The translations under genes were made by a program, and so were the position numbers. DNA of 62,305 nt, counting the filler, from Stramenopiles sp. TOSAG23-2 (Eukaryota), in the NCBI GenBank assembly GCA_900128395.1. It is 4 parts of 4 records of this genome, joined end to end, with 100 filler letters (N's around TTAATTAATTAA, not from the genome) between each part and the next. Parts side by side here need not be neighbours in the genome. Positions count along the whole stretch, not along the records: positions 46,853 to 62,305 come from LT649707.1; 3 more parts are not named here. The stretch is one strand, 5' to 3'. Position 1 is the first letter of the stretch, and every line of letters starts with the position of its first letter. This document shows, one piece after another, positions 48,293 through 60,714 of the stretch. The notes beneath the pieces are model-generated. The model was not told the DNA's origin, did not search any database, and saw only the letters and a list, made by a program, of their open reading frames with translations.

Positions 48293-50833
48293 CTAATGAA
48301 GATCCGGATCCTTCAAACTATTATTATTATTTCCACCAGTGTTATGTTGTTGTTCTTTGACTTGAGCATAGTGTTGCTGTGCAAAGTTAGCCTCTAAATC
48401 AATCTCCTTACTGATGTTGTGGCTTGTTTGTTGCGGTGGCATCGTATTACTAATACCTTGATGAAATTTTTGTTGTCGTGGTGGTCCAGATGGTGGCATA
48501 CTTAATGACGACTGTTGCTGCATATTTAATGGCTGTTGTTGTCTATTATTATTTATTTGTTGTTGCTGTTGTTGTTGTTGCTGTTGTTGCTGCTGCTGTT
48601 GTTGTTGTTGTTGTTGTTGTTGTTGCATATCAACAAAAAGATACTGGTTTGTTTGTCTTAACAATGGATTATTTGCGCCATTGTTAATAGGCGAGCGATA
48701 GTCATATAGTCGCATATTGTTATTGTTATTATTACCACCGAAATTAGGATTATGATTCATATTGTTTTGGCCGAAACGCACATTTGGCGGTAGCGATTGC
48801 ATATCAGCTCCACCAACACCACCTTGATTTATACCATTATGCCCTACGGGTGGTATCGCTACATTTGTATGTGGTGCTTGATTTGGATACATCCTGACAC
48901 CATATGGAGGATAATGATTGTACATACCATTCAATCGTTGTTGCATTAACGGTTGTTGAAACTGCGGATTATTTTGATTATTATGATACCTTGGCTGTTC
49001 ATTTACCATACGTTGTATTTGCCTGTTTAAATGTATAACTTCCAAATGCTTTTGTTCCAATTCCGCTTGTAGACTTCGGATCTTGTTATCTTTTTCTTGT
49101 AAAAGAGGAGAAGCCATTTCAATTTGTGATTTCAGTACAGCTATTTCCTCCTGCATACGCACAAAATGAGTTTGATTCATTGCGGAAGGTGGATAATTCA
49201 TAGTAGATGGTGGTGCTTGATACATTTGTTGTTGACGTTGTTGTCGTTGGAGTGGCTGTTGCATATAATCCATTTCAGCTACTGCAGCGGAAGATATTGA
49301 TGTATCATAGTTATCAGGCGGACTTTCTTCCGTACCAGTTGCAACGCTATGCCGCTCTTGTTTTTGCTGCATTAATGATTTACCACTATCCACAGTTGTG
49401 GTTGGACTTGCAATATTATCTGTACCACCAAGATCGTATTCATCATCGTCTTCCGCAAGTGAACCAGCACCAATGCTTCCACCACCTTTAATACTACTGC
49501 TATTGTTACAACTAGCACTATCCATATCATCATCCACCATTCCAACAGTTCCATGACTTTTCTCATTGATTTCCTCCTCTTGCGACGATACCTGTTTTTG
49601 TGACTGTACCTCTTTTCCATTGTTTGTTAGGACGTTACAATTGTCGTTCACAGCATTGTTAAGATTATTATTATTGTTATCCTCATCAACACTAATATTT
49701 CCACCACTATGATTACGAGGTTGCTTTCCACTAATAAGACTAATACTATTGCCAAATGGCACTATGTTATTATTGCTGCTACTACTACCATTCCTTCTCT
49801 GGTGACTATTGTCATTATTATGACTTACTTTGGCACGTTTATTTTTCACACCTTTCTCATTGTTGTAATTATTATTATTATTGTTACTACTACTACTACT
49901 ACTACTTTCCGCGTTATGCTTGTTTTGTTTTATCGTCTCTACAAGTATTTGAATTTGTGGACATGTAGGTCGTGTATGACCTTTTCCACCACAAATGCTA
50001 CATTGGTATTTATTTGCTTTATAATATTTCTTTTTACGTCTTTTTATTACACGAATCTTCGGCTTATTTGCTTGTCCCGATGAGCCATCATCCTCCATAT
50101 TTGAGTTGCCATCATCATCGTCATTGTCGTCATCATCATCATCATCTTCTTCCTCCTCCTCCATATATTCGCTGCTATCCTTATTATTATTATGAATAAC
50201 ATTATCTCCTAACTTTTTGTCTTCCTCTTCCGAAGAATGTACAGGTAAATTGTCATCAGTTGATTCTTCTCCATCATTATTATCATGAATATTACCACTT
50301 GAGGAAGAGTTATTAATAGTAGAGGAATGATTTTGTAAATTTCCATCAGCATCGGCATTTTCCTCTTCTTTGCCCACATTATTGTTTCCCTTCTTTGATG
50401 CCCCATTTTCATTTTTTTTCATACTTTGCAATCTTTGCTGTCTCCTTGCTAATCTTGCAAGTTTTTTCATCGCCGCCTGTTTATCAAATGATTTTTTTGA
50501 ATTATGATGTATGCATCCGCGTTTTATCGTGCCGTCATCTAAAAGTACATCATGACTGGAATAATAGTGACATCTATTACCAGATTTTGTGATTGCCATA
50601 CATTTAATTTTAGTACCATCCTCTTTTTTCGATTGTCGCTTTTTTCTTTTTCTGTTATTTTTCCTTCTTGGAGATGCTGTTTTTACTGTGTTTCCACTAC
50701 CATCAGTAGATGTTGTAGATGTTGACGAGGTTGGCGATAAATTTTTATCTAACGGCAAAGGAGAGGATGACGGGGAGAGCGAATCAATACCAATCCCATT
50801 ATTATTATTTTGTATTTGTGTTCTTGACGGCAT
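48293..50833 (-). CDS. Low-complexity nuclear protein with CCHC zinc knuckle, second Cys/His motif, coiled coil and polyQ tail (846 aa)
   Basis: CSICGGKGHTRPTC; CMAITKSGNRC...CIHH; NLS-like basic runs; polyQ tract at 48557-48625. Confidence 0.8.
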   Translation of the reverse strand: MPSRTQIQNNNNGIGIDSLSPSSSPLPLDKNLSPTSSTSTTSTDGSGNTVKTASPRRKNNRKRKKRQSKKEDGTKIKCMAITKSGNRCHYYSSHDVLLDDGTIKRGCIHHNSKKSFDKQAAMKKLARLARRQQRLQSMKKNENGASKKGNNNVGKEEENADADGNLQNHSSTINNSSSSGNIHDNNDGEESTDDNLPVHSSEEEDKKLGDNVIHNNNKDSSEYMEEEEEDDDDDDDNDDDDGNSNMEDDGSSGQANKPKIRVIKRRKKKYYKANKYQCSICGGKGHTRPTCPQIQILVETIKQNKHNAESSSSSSSNNNNNNYNNEKGVKNKRAKVSHNNDNSHQRRNGSSSSNNNIVPFGNSISLISGKQPRNHSGGNISVDEDNNNNNLNNAVNDNCNVLTNNGKEVQSQKQVSSQEEEINEKSHGTVGMVDDDMDSASCNNSSSIKGGGSIGAGSLAEDDDEYDLGGTDNIASPTTTVDSGKSLMQQKQERHSVATGTEESPPDNYDTSISSAAVAEMDYMQQPLQRQQRQQQMYQAPPSTMNYPPSAMNQTHFVRMQEEIAVLKSQIEMASPLLQEKDNKIRSLQAELEQKHLEVIHLNRQIQRMVNEQPRYHNNQNNPQFQQPLMQQRLNGMYNHYPPYGVRMYPNQAPHTNVAIPPVGHNGINQGGVGGADMQSLPPNVRFGQNNMNHNPNFGGNNNNNNMRLYDYRSPINNGANNPLLRQTNQYLFVDMQQQQQQQQQQQQQQQQQQQQQQQINNNRQQQPLNMQQQSSLSMPPSGPPRQQKFHQGISNTMPPQQTSHNISKEIDLEANFAQQHYAQVKEQQHNTGGNNNNSLKDPDLH

Positions 50834-51763
50834 GTTATTATTCTTATTATTCTACAAATGTAATATAATATATATATATATTTGTATATATATATATCAA
50901 TAATAAGTATTTAATATGCCAAGCTTACAAGTGTTCTTATTGTTACTACTACTAATATACTATATTATTATGTCTGAAATCCTGATACAAGTACATTTAT
51001 TAAATAAATATGTACTGGTATTAAATGATTCTATCCAAATGCGAATATCTATGTAACATCCTGATTATTCTTTCTTCATGCATCAATTTTATGTATTGCA
51101 CTATTGTCTTCTTCTCTGGTTGTTACAGGCTCAATCAACAACATCACATATCATCTAATGGGGTATGATATATATAATACCACTGCTGTACTATTACCAC
51201 TGTTGTGTATCTAGGCTATTACTATTCTAGAACTATGTGCCGAATGCCATACATTTGCCATGTGTTGGCGTGAGAAGTTGCAATGCTATGTAGTCGTAAA
51301 ATAAAAAGACAATAATTATATTTTGGATTCAGATTTAGCAAAGTGAGAGTGATTGACGTAAATAGCTTTTATATCCACAATATCCATTATTAAAGTAGAA
51401 ATAGTGTATAAATAATATGCTATAACTATAATTATATTAATATAAATTAAAAATTAATAAGTTTAAATTTGATTCTATATTTTAATAATTTCCATTTTAC
51501 TATAATTTTTGAAAGCAAAAGCACAGCAAAGCTAAAGCCAGCGGGCCAGCCTTAGGCCTTAGGGCCAGGTTACCACCACAACAAAGGCAGCCAGAATGAA
51601 TTAAGGTGCGAAGGCTGGACGCTGGCTGGCTGGCCCAGCTGGACAACAAGATCAGAGAATTCCAGGAAGACGAGGCCAAAAGCCTTTAACTAAAACTGAT
51701 GTCTATTTTTTATATTTTTAAAAATAGACAATCAATATTATTGTAACTACTTCTCTCCACATC

Positions 51764-53050
51764 TCAGCATGATTGATTCAATCCAGTACCACCAAGAAGC
51801 TGGAAAAATGATGTACCGGCCTTGTCATATGCAACATTATTTGCAGTGGTAATACCAAATGATGCTTCACATCCAAGTGGTGGTTTATTATTTGTCAATT
51901 CCATGACTCTCCAAAATAATACAAAAATACAGGATTTTCTGAGACTTTTTGTAACATCCATAAAAAATGTTTGCCGCGTAGATTCTGTCCCAACTGTAGT
52001 AGAATTAATACTTTTACATTCTTTTGTAACACGAGAGCATCCAGTTTCCCCTAAAACTAATTTACCAATATACTCTTTTGGAATAATTTTTTCTACCTGT
52101 TTCACCTTCTCCTCAAGATGAGATGCATTGCAACCATACCAATGAATATTTGGCAATCCACCTCCACCTGCATTGTAATAATCTGAAATATAAGTAACCC
52201 AACTACCTTGTGCACCAGAAATCGATGGAGAAATATGTATTGGCATTGTTGATTTTGTAAAACCAAGTTTTTCCAGTGCAAATACAATATGTGAATGCAA
52301 ATCAGCTGCACGGCTGGCACTTGGTGCATTACTTGGAAATTTACAATTTGTATCCATGACAGCATCAAATTCATTCCATGGTTCTAAAATAAGATGTGTA
52401 TGTATCCATTTTTTCATATCAATTCCGTAATCATTATCATTTGGCGATGACAACCAATAAATAAAATTTGCAAGAGACGAAGAAATTGAATTTCTTAGTT
52501 GATTCCATGCACTATGATTTGAAAGTGGTGGAATTGGACACCATGACGATGATGGTCCCATCCATGTTGGTATCGGTCGATCAAAAGACAAAATAACACT
52601 TGCATTGACTTGTGCATATAACGAAAAAATCTTTCTCATCTCTTTTCGAACTTGTACATTTTCAGAGTTATTAAAACTTTTGTAAGGTTGTAATAATGCA
52701 AAAGGAAGGATTTCACGAAATACCCCAACACGTTGATTCAATACCATATCATTTAGACGGCAGCTAATCTCTTCTATTGTACGTTTTTGTATATTTGTTG
52801 GGCATGCAGCACAAGGAATATTTAATTCCATTAGGTATTCCATAATCCATGGTTCATTTAGTCCGGCAAAATATTGTTGTGCTTGATTCTTTGATGTTAA
52901 TAATAATAATTTTGAAACATTATTGATGTAATTATTATTACTATTATTACTACCACCAGATGACAAATATATATTACAATTCCATACGATATATAAACAT
53001 TGTACGATTACATTTACATAAGCATAGGAACCAATATGTTTCCTATTCAT
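51764..53050 (-). CDS. Glycoside hydrolase, clan GH-A TIM barrel (GH5/GH39-like), probably secreted or membrane-anchored (428 aa)
   Basis: LILEPWNEFD (acid/base NE), NIHWY and LVLGETG (nucleophile); hydrophobic N-terminal segment. First ATG at 53050. Confidence 0.72.
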   Translation of the reverse strand: MNRKHIGSYAYVNVIVQCLYIVWNCNIYLSSGGSNNSNNNYINNVSKLLLLTSKNQAQQYFAGLNEPWIMEYLMELNIPCAACPTNIQKRTIEEISCRLNDMVLNQRVGVFREILPFALLQPYKSFNNSENVQVRKEMRKIFSLYAQVNASVILSFDRPIPTWMGPSSSWCPIPPLSNHSAWNQLRNSISSSLANFIYWLSSPNDNDYGIDMKKWIHTHLILEPWNEFDAVMDTNCKFPSNAPSASRAADLHSHIVFALEKLGFTKSTMPIHISPSISGAQGSWVTYISDYYNAGGGGLPNIHWYGCNASHLEEKVKQVEKIIPKEYIGKLVLGETGCSRVTKECKSINSTTVGTESTRQTFFMDVTKSLRKSCIFVLFWRVMELTNNKPPLGCEASFGITTANNVAYDKAGTSFFQLLGGTGLNQSC

Positions 53051-53407
53051 GATGTTCAATTGGGGATTATTGCATCATATGGACGTATATATTTTACAGT
53101 ACAGTATATCTTTGTGTTTATCCTATAATTATTGAATTTAATAATAACTATATGGATGAGATGATTTGTTGATGCAGGTACGTGTTGTTGTGCTGTTGTT
53201 ATTTTTTTTTATTAATAAAAATTGAATTAGAATTAGAATAAAATAATAAATAATAATAATAATGTTGTCATAATATCGTACTTCTTTATTCTATATCCTA
53301 TTGTACTACTGAATAAGTAATAAAATTATAAGAACAGAAAATGATAACATACATACTCAAAACAACAATATTATTAGACAAAGCTTTTTCTATAACAAAA
53401 ATTAAAA

Positions 53408-54136
53408 ATGCCAGGATTTACACGGTTGTACAAATTTTCCATTGACCAGGAAATGGTGAAAAATATTGCTTCAAAGAATCATGTAAATAGTTTGAATTTA
53501 GCAACAATTTTAGAAATGTTAGGTAAAAAAATATTAATGCAATTATATGGTTCGAAAGAGACAGCGGCGTGGAATGTGACTACGACGACGTATATGAAGC
53601 GTGATGATGTTGGAAATGAAACGGATGATTTAAAGCATTTAGTACGTATGAGTACAAATAAAGATAGTTTATATAAAATAGATATGGAAAAGAATATTGT
53701 TCAAATAAAAGAAGGTAGTCGTTCAGAGGAAATTATTAATTATCATTTAAGACGTGAAAAAGTAATTAAAGGTATTGAATATATGTGGGAAGATTATTTT
53801 ATACGAATTGGATTAGCACTAGATATAAATAATGCAATGATTGTTGAAATAGAGCATCGCGCATTATCCGATCCCAACATTGCGTTGGGATTAATAAACC
53901 AATTGGCAAAACAATTAATAACCAATGAGAATAATAATAGTACAAAAATAAAAGAAGAAGACGAAGATGATGAAATATTATTACCAATTTCTAGTTTTGA
54001 TTTCACATGTCCATTGCATTTATTACAATATTTATTCGATCATTATCATTTAAATGATGGAAATGAGGACAAGGACGTGAATCTTAATTTTACTTATAAA
54101 CACGTTGCATTGCTTCATCATTTATTAGATGTGTAA
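53408..54136 (+). CDS. Mediator subunit 20-like protein (242 aa)
   Basis: WNV...Y, IKGIEY..EDYFIRIG, IVEIEH and FT.KH.AL follow the Med20 pattern; divergent. Confidence 0.55.
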   Translation: MPGFTRLYKFSIDQEMVKNIASKNHVNSLNLATILEMLGKKILMQLYGSKETAAWNVTTTTYMKRDDVGNETDDLKHLVRMSTNKDSLYKIDMEKNIVQIKEGSRSEEIINYHLRREKVIKGIEYMWEDYFIRIGLALDINNAMIVEIEHRALSDPNIALGLINQLAKQLITNENNNSTKIKEEDEDDEILLPISSFDFTCPLHLLQYLFDHYHLNDGNEDKDVNLNFTYKHVALLHHLLDV

Positions 54137-54412
54137 AAGAGAGTTCAGATATATATATACGAGAAGTATATATTATTAAATACTACGCCTATGCATAGCA
54201 TATAAACTTCGTATCATATACATATATATATATGATATATCATACACATATATAATCTAGGATGGTTAAAATCTAAAAAGTTATACGCGCGTATAATATT
54301 TATATTATCATATTATATATATATCATATATATATATATAATATTAAAATAATTTTACTTCAAGCGTATTAGTTTACTTCGTAATATACTACACGTATAA
54401 ATTCCTGTTCAT

Positions 54413-57040
54413 TTAACCAACTGCATCATTTCTTGCACGTAAAACAGACAATGCACTTTGCTCATATTTCAATCGGTTTTCTTTGATTAAATCATTGCAT
54501 AATGATTCAGCTGTTCGGTAATCAATTACAATAAGTATTTCTAGTACACGTTTAAAATGTTCTATGGTTAATTTCAATATTGTTAATAAACCATAGCTGC
54601 TTATTTCCTTGAAGATATTATTTAACAATTTTTTTTCCAATTGTTGTATATCCCATTTAATTTGCACCCCTTGCTCTGGTTTGTATTTATTTGATAATAT
54701 ATGGTTGAAAAAAATAGAGAAGAAACCATGCAGATAGTTAATCATGCATTGTTCCAAATTGTTACCATCCATGAACGTTTTCATATAATTTAAAATATTA
54801 ATAAAATCGTTTGAAATTTTATTAAATACAGTAGATTCTTCACCCATAAATGTTGTTACTTTATATTCTTTCTCAATCATATCTTTCAATTTCTTTAATC
54901 TACTTGTTAACCAATTTTTAATTGTCTTATTTATTAATCTTTCTATCGTCGATATTAATACGTATTTTTCTTCATAAAATGGAGTAAAAAATGAAACGAA
55001 AAAATCACTTGTGTTTGAATAAGTTTCTGTAATATGTGCACGAACGATACGATTGTCATCTTTATTATGCTCAGGATCTATTATTGCTCTATTAGAATTT
55101 TGAGCAATTGTTATATTGGATAATATTTTCTTATTTATCCTATTTCCAATATAATGTGTTTCAATTATATCAATTAGTGATTGATAAAATTTTATTGAAT
55201 TTTCTACATTAACACTATGATCTGTATTGTCATTGAACTTATTACATGCAATATTAATTATATTGCAAAGCTTCTTGTATAATGGTAATATATATTCTAA
55301 TAATATTTTGAATGCCGATGGCAATTGATGCAACGAGTATTTGCTTTTATTATTATTATCATCATTTCTAGATGTTGGTTGGACGTAATGATTATAACTA
55401 TTATTATCAATGACATGATCATGATTATTATAATTGACAGATAAAAAAAGTTGCAAGCAATTTTTATATGAGTTTAAAAATTGCACATGCAATTTATTTT
55501 GACTTTTTATAATCAAATCCGTAGACACTAAAGTGTTTGTATTGTTAAACATTTTCAATAACATTTCCTGTGACATTCGATTGATCTTTTTTTCCTCGTA
55601 TATCATAAATTGCTTTTTAAATGGCAAAAACAAACTAGTCAACGTGCTAAATATTGTATCTGAATCGTTAAATTTTACCGGCAAGCTTAAAAAAAGTTGA
55701 TTAATCTCAGAGAAAACCCAAAGTAAATCGTTTAAATTAATATTTTTATTGATGCAATAATTATCAATAATTTCTTCTTCGTCATTACCATCTATGTACA
55801 CATTTTTATCATCATTATGTTCAAACATTTCCATTTCTATTGGTATACCTATAAAATTATTTATAGATTTAAATAAACCAAATTTTGAATTTAAAATGAT
55901 TTCATTGATTAAAATACCTTGAACTATATGTTGATCCATTGTATCAAATATTTGTATGATAGTCGACATTGTTTTATTATATGTAGATGCTGATGTTTTA
56001 AACATTTCTTTTAAATAAGTTTGTGCATTTTCTTTTTTATCATCATCGTGTAATGTATCGTCATTATTGTTATCGTTGGATGAACAATATTTATTTGTCA
56101 CTGTACATAAATTTTGCAATGATTTATTTATGAATTCAATATGCAATAAATTATTATTATTATTTATCGAATTATTATTTATATTATTATTATTATAATT
56201 TTTTGAAGATGTGGAAAGTTGCAATGGGGATATAATATTTTCATCAATTTTTTTATATGTTAATGCACAAGATTTCATTGTATTAATATCCATTATTGCA
56301 AAGGATTGATGAAACATTCCTTTTACCTTTTCTAATTGATTTTGAATACATTTCATTAAAATTTCATTAGTAACTTTCATAGTTGATGTTAAAGTGCTAT
56401 TACTATTACTATTATTATTGTTTATAATAGTCGTGGTTGCAACATTTGGTAATGCATATGTCACGACTTTTAAAATATGTACAATATAATCAATATTTTC
56501 ATCATTAAATGGCATATTATCAAATAAACCATTGATTAATGATAATGGATCTGTAGAATCCATTATTTCCATACTTTTCTTTGCTATCGTTAATTTATAT
56601 TTAGCTTTATTAGCATATTCTAAGCTATCACCAGTATGAATAATTATAGTTGTATTTGCATATATTTGTGAAATTAAAGCTTGTATTTCTTCAGTTGAAC
56701 TCATAATATTACGATGGATAATTTCACTTGTACTTTGATATATATCTAAGTTTCGTTCATTATTATTGTTTTCCACTTGTATTTCATTTGATACCATATC
56801 GTATTTTAGATTAGTATCTATTAAATATTTGTCTAAGGTATGATCTAATTCATTAAATAACTGTAATAAATTTTCTTCGGATACATTTATTGTTATATCA
56901 ACCATTTCTTTTCCTACTACTACTGGATAATCATCTTCATCACTATAATCTGTTGTTGTTTGTGTGAAATCATGTTGTAATTTTTGCCTCAATTCTGCTA
57001 TTGTTTGATCCATCTTATAATCTTTTTCTTTGTTTTGCAT
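54413..57040 (-). CDS. CATCHR-family tethering subunit, Sec10/EXOC5-like (875 aa)
   Basis: Long helical ORF; C-terminal MDGNNL...FFNHIL...Y....G.QI..DI resembles the Sec10 C-terminus. Confidence 0.55.
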   Translation of the reverse strand: MQNKEKDYKMDQTIAELRQKLQHDFTQTTTDYSDEDDYPVVVGKEMVDITINVSEENLLQLFNELDHTLDKYLIDTNLKYDMVSNEIQVENNNNERNLDIYQSTSEIIHRNIMSSTEEIQALISQIYANTTIIIHTGDSLEYANKAKYKLTIAKKSMEIMDSTDPLSLINGLFDNMPFNDENIDYIVHILKVVTYALPNVATTTIINNNNSNSNSTLTSTMKVTNEILMKCIQNQLEKVKGMFHQSFAIMDINTMKSCALTYKKIDENIISPLQLSTSSKNYNNNNINNNSINNNNNLLHIEFINKSLQNLCTVTNKYCSSNDNNNDDTLHDDDKKENAQTYLKEMFKTSASTYNKTMSTIIQIFDTMDQHIVQGILINEIILNSKFGLFKSINNFIGIPIEMEMFEHNDDKNVYIDGNDEEEIIDNYCINKNINLNDLLWVFSEINQLFLSLPVKFNDSDTIFSTLTSLFLPFKKQFMIYEEKKINRMSQEMLLKMFNNTNTLVSTDLIIKSQNKLHVQFLNSYKNCLQLFLSVNYNNHDHVIDNNSYNHYVQPTSRNDDNNNKSKYSLHQLPSAFKILLEYILPLYKKLCNIINIACNKFNDNTDHSVNVENSIKFYQSLIDIIETHYIGNRINKKILSNITIAQNSNRAIIDPEHNKDDNRIVRAHITETYSNTSDFFVSFFTPFYEEKYVLISTIERLINKTIKNWLTSRLKKLKDMIEKEYKVTTFMGEESTVFNKISNDFINILNYMKTFMDGNNLEQCMINYLHGFFSIFFNHILSNKYKPEQGVQIKWDIQQLEKKLLNNIFKEISSYGLLTILKLTIEHFKRVLEILIVIDYRTAESLCNDLIKENRLKYEQSALSVLRARNDAVG

Positions 57041-57410
57041 GTATTTACAACGATAAGAAGGTGTGAAGTAAAGAATTGAAATAAAGTTCTAAAAACAATT
57101 TCTTCTGGTGTCGAAGGATACATTCAAATTACCAATATGGTTAAATAATATTTTAGGTGTGCCAGGTGTGTGTGCATTTTCATTTCAATAATTCAATAGT
57201 TCATTTTAAGGAAATACCAATGATGGTACTACGTAGTTATTAGTTATTACATGTATTGTGCTATTGTGCTATGTATAATCCAAAAAAAAACGGTTGTTTG
57301 CACGTTTGCACTCTTTTCTTCTTTACAGGTATTTTCAATTCTTTGTTGCACCTTTCCTTTTTGAACCTATAATATATATTTATTGTGTTTGATATACTAG
57401 TGTATATTAA

Positions 57411-57441
<31 letters not shown>

Positions 57442-57495
57442 TATTTCTTCACGCAATACATATATACTACAAATATAATAATAATAATAATAATA

Positions 57496-59010
57496 ATGAA
57501 CTTCCCATTTTCAGTAAGACGTGTATTATTAGGTGGTAATAATATAACACGTTTAGATAGTCGTTCGTTACAAACATTTACAAGTGGAAGAACATGGGAT
57601 GATGAATGGGATGCAATAGCAAAGAAAATTACATATACTAAAGACTTTAATCAATCTGCAGATCAATTACGTGAAATAGTGAAATCTGGTTTATTACGTT
57701 TTACAGACTTAAGAGATAATCCAGAAAGATTCTTTGCCGCACACCGTAAAGTTGCTGAGAAAAGTCCTGAGCTTGGACCTGGATTTTGGATTCGATTTAC
57801 TGTCCAATACAATCTATTTGCCGGCACAATTTTAGGTTTAGCTAGTGATGAGCAACTTCCTATTTTAGATGAAATGCAAGGGAAAGGGCAATTAGGTTGT
57901 TTTGCTTTAACAGAAAAATTTGCAGGTGTTAACAGTGGTTTAGTAGTAAATACGGAAATTGAATGGGATCAAAAGAAAAAGAAATTTATTTTAAATACAC
58001 CAAATGAAGGTGCGAAAAAAAATTGGATTTCACAAGGTTTCGTAGCAGACAAAGGAGTAGTCATAGCTAATTTAAAAGTAGATGATACAATAGTTGGGCC
58101 ACATGCATTTGTTATGGATTTTCGTACGGATGATGGTAATTTAGTTGACAATGTAACGATGGATGATATGGGAAGAAAAACTGTTGGAAATGATTTAGAT
58201 AATGCGTGGATTCATTTTGATCAAGCTGAATTGCCACAAAGTGCCATGTTAAATCGTTTTGCGGATATCAACTCAAATGGTGAATATGTCCTTAATGTTC
58301 CAGGAATACGCCCATTTGATATGATTGGCCAACGATTGTTTACCGGTAGAGTTGCAGTTGCACAAGCTGCATTGACATTTCGTAAACAATTATACGAAAA
58401 AACGAAATTATATACTGATACGAAAAAATGTTGGGTGCCAAAAGTATCAAATTCAAGTGATTTGCCAGCATTATCAGATATACCACAATTAATTGAATTA
58501 TTTGATGAGGAAATGGATCGTTACAATGAGATGGAAACGTTTTTAAATATCTGCGAAGAGGAATTAAGTGCATGTTTAAAAGAAAATTCAATGCCAAATA
58601 TTGATTTAATTGAAGCAATTGCAGTTGCAAAAGTAAAAGCAGTAGAGGAAAGTATTGAAATGACATTTCGTTTAAAACAAGAAGTTGGCAGCTATGCATT
58701 GATGGAAGGTAGTGGATTTGAGCAAATGGATTTTTTACAATGTTGTAAATTTGCTGAAGGTGATTCTAGAATATTAATGTTAAAAATGGCACGTGATCGT
58801 TTATCAAAATATCAACGTAAAATGAAAAAAGGTGATGATTCTTCTTCTTCAGGAACAACAGATGATTTAGAAGATGAACAATGTCGTATTATTATGGATA
58901 CAATGAAAGCTGCTGATGGTGCTGCTAATAATGTTGGAACATATAAAGAAATGAATAAATTAGCTGAAATGACCATGGAACGTATTTTAACACAATACTC
59001 TGGAAAGTAG
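57496..59010 (+). CDS. Acyl-CoA oxidase-like flavoprotein (ACOX/ACAD superfamily), 504 aa
   Basis: Motifs VQYNLFAGTI, GCFALTE, FILNTP....KKNWI, GPHAFV, DMGRK..GNDLDNA.I.F and KFAEGDSRIL. First ATG at 57496. Confidence 0.88.
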   Translation: MNFPFSVRRVLLGGNNITRLDSRSLQTFTSGRTWDDEWDAIAKKITYTKDFNQSADQLREIVKSGLLRFTDLRDNPERFFAAHRKVAEKSPELGPGFWIRFTVQYNLFAGTILGLASDEQLPILDEMQGKGQLGCFALTEKFAGVNSGLVVNTEIEWDQKKKKFILNTPNEGAKKNWISQGFVADKGVVIANLKVDDTIVGPHAFVMDFRTDDGNLVDNVTMDDMGRKTVGNDLDNAWIHFDQAELPQSAMLNRFADINSNGEYVLNVPGIRPFDMIGQRLFTGRVAVAQAALTFRKQLYEKTKLYTDTKKCWVPKVSNSSDLPALSDIPQLIELFDEEMDRYNEMETFLNICEEELSACLKENSMPNIDLIEAIAVAKVKAVEESIEMTFRLKQEVGSYALMEGSGFEQMDFLQCCKFAEGDSRILMLKMARDRLSKYQRKMKKGDDSSSSGTTDDLEDEQCRIIMDTMKAADGAANNVGTYKEMNKLAEMTMERILTQYSGK

Positions 59011-59543
59011 AAAGTGTGTGTGTAAAAGAGAGATATAGATATTTGGGGAGAAAGTTTGAACAAAAAACTGCACTCTATTGGCATATTTATGTATAATACG
59101 TATAGTTTTCGTCCCACTACATGCTCCATTTAAAAAATACGAAGTAATAGGAACCAAAATACTCTTTCTATTGAATAAAAAAAATGTGGGATCTATATTC
59201 TATATTACCTTTTTTATAGAGTATTATAAAATATTTTTATTACACACTAAAAAAAAAATCTATTAATCATCTATAACAATATTTTTACAACATATGATAT
59301 GTGTGTAATCTGGTAATAACCTCCTTGCTGGCTTGATGCACAATGTGGCGGTGGTGTGGTGAAAATGATGAATATTGAAAAACAATAATATATATACTGT
59401 GGTATATATATATATATATAAGTCATACATATATCCTTCACTTTCTTTTCTATTTAACTTCATTCCCCCATTAAATTTATTATTGTTTTATTTATACAAT
59501 ATTATCTTGAGAGAAAACAATATATATATATTTCACCATCATC

Positions 59544-59574
59544 ATGGCACAATCATATCAACGTTTCAATAATC

Positions 59575-59616
<42 letters not shown>

Positions 59617-60665
59617 TTCAATTATTTGGTATATTTCCAATCTCAAAATATTCAGATAAAATAATATTTATTATATGTGTACTAGGCGTTTTTTTTTGTT
59701 ACTTTATTTATGGTATTGCACAAGAGAATATATTTAATATATGGAAACGAGAAGGTACACCTTGTGGATGGGCATTAACTTTTTTACAATATAGTTTTTA
59801 TACCACATTTACTCATTTTCAACGACAATTTGCACGTGTAAACAATTATAAAAATAATAATAATAACAACGATAATTCATTAAAGCGTGTTGCACCCTTA
59901 TCTTCATATATAGTATTAGCAGCATGTTCCGTAGGAACAGTTGGATTGTCAAATGCTTCGTGTGATTTTTTGACTTATCCCACACAAGTATTATTTAAAA
60001 GTTCGAAGATATTACCCGTCATGTTAATGGGTACAATAATATTGAAAAAATCATATCGTACAATTGAATATGTATGTGTGATTCTAATTACAGTTGGTTT
60101 ATTAATGTTAAATATTTCAAAATCAAATCGTGGTACAAGTGGAGTTGATACAGACACAACATTTGGATTTGTATTAATCTCGACTGCATTATTTGCTGAT
60201 GCATTAATTGGTAATGTACAAGAAAAAGTCTTTAAACAATACAATCCAACTGCATCTGAATCTATTTTTTATACAAAATTATTTGGCACGTTGATATCAT
60301 TTATTGTAACTTTATTAAATGGTCAATTAAATTGTATACCAGTGATCTTTTATTCTCCCAATATGTTTCTATATATATTGATTTTTTGTACATTTGGTGT
60401 GATTGGGGAAAATTTCATCATGGTAATGGTAAAAGTTTTTGGTGCATTGACAACAGTAACAACAACATCCGTTCGTAAAGCTATTACAATTATATTTAGT
60501 TTTATTATTTTTCCAAAACCAATTAATTCTGTCTATATATGTGGTGTAGTATTTGTTTTTTTTGGAATTGGAATGAATATTGTCATAAAACAACAACAAA
60601 ATGATAATAGAAATCGTACTAGTAGAGAAAAACGTAGTGGAAGTGGTGGTGTAGAGATGGTTTGA
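59544..60665 (+). CDS. SLC35B3: Nucleotide-sugar transporter, UAA family (PAPS transporter 2-like), 373 aa
   Basis: Motifs YGIAQE, GWALTF.Q, GLSN.S..FL.YPTQVLFKSSK.LPVM, DALIGNVQEK and TT.RKAITI..SF..F.KP. Confidence 0.85.
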
Positions 60666-60714
60666 AATGAAAAAAAACATAATTTCAACTCTCTATATAA
60701 TATATATATATATT

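Noticed and set aside
48557-48625. PolyQ, polyN and (TA)n microsatellites
   Set aside because: Ordinary for an AT-rich protist genome.
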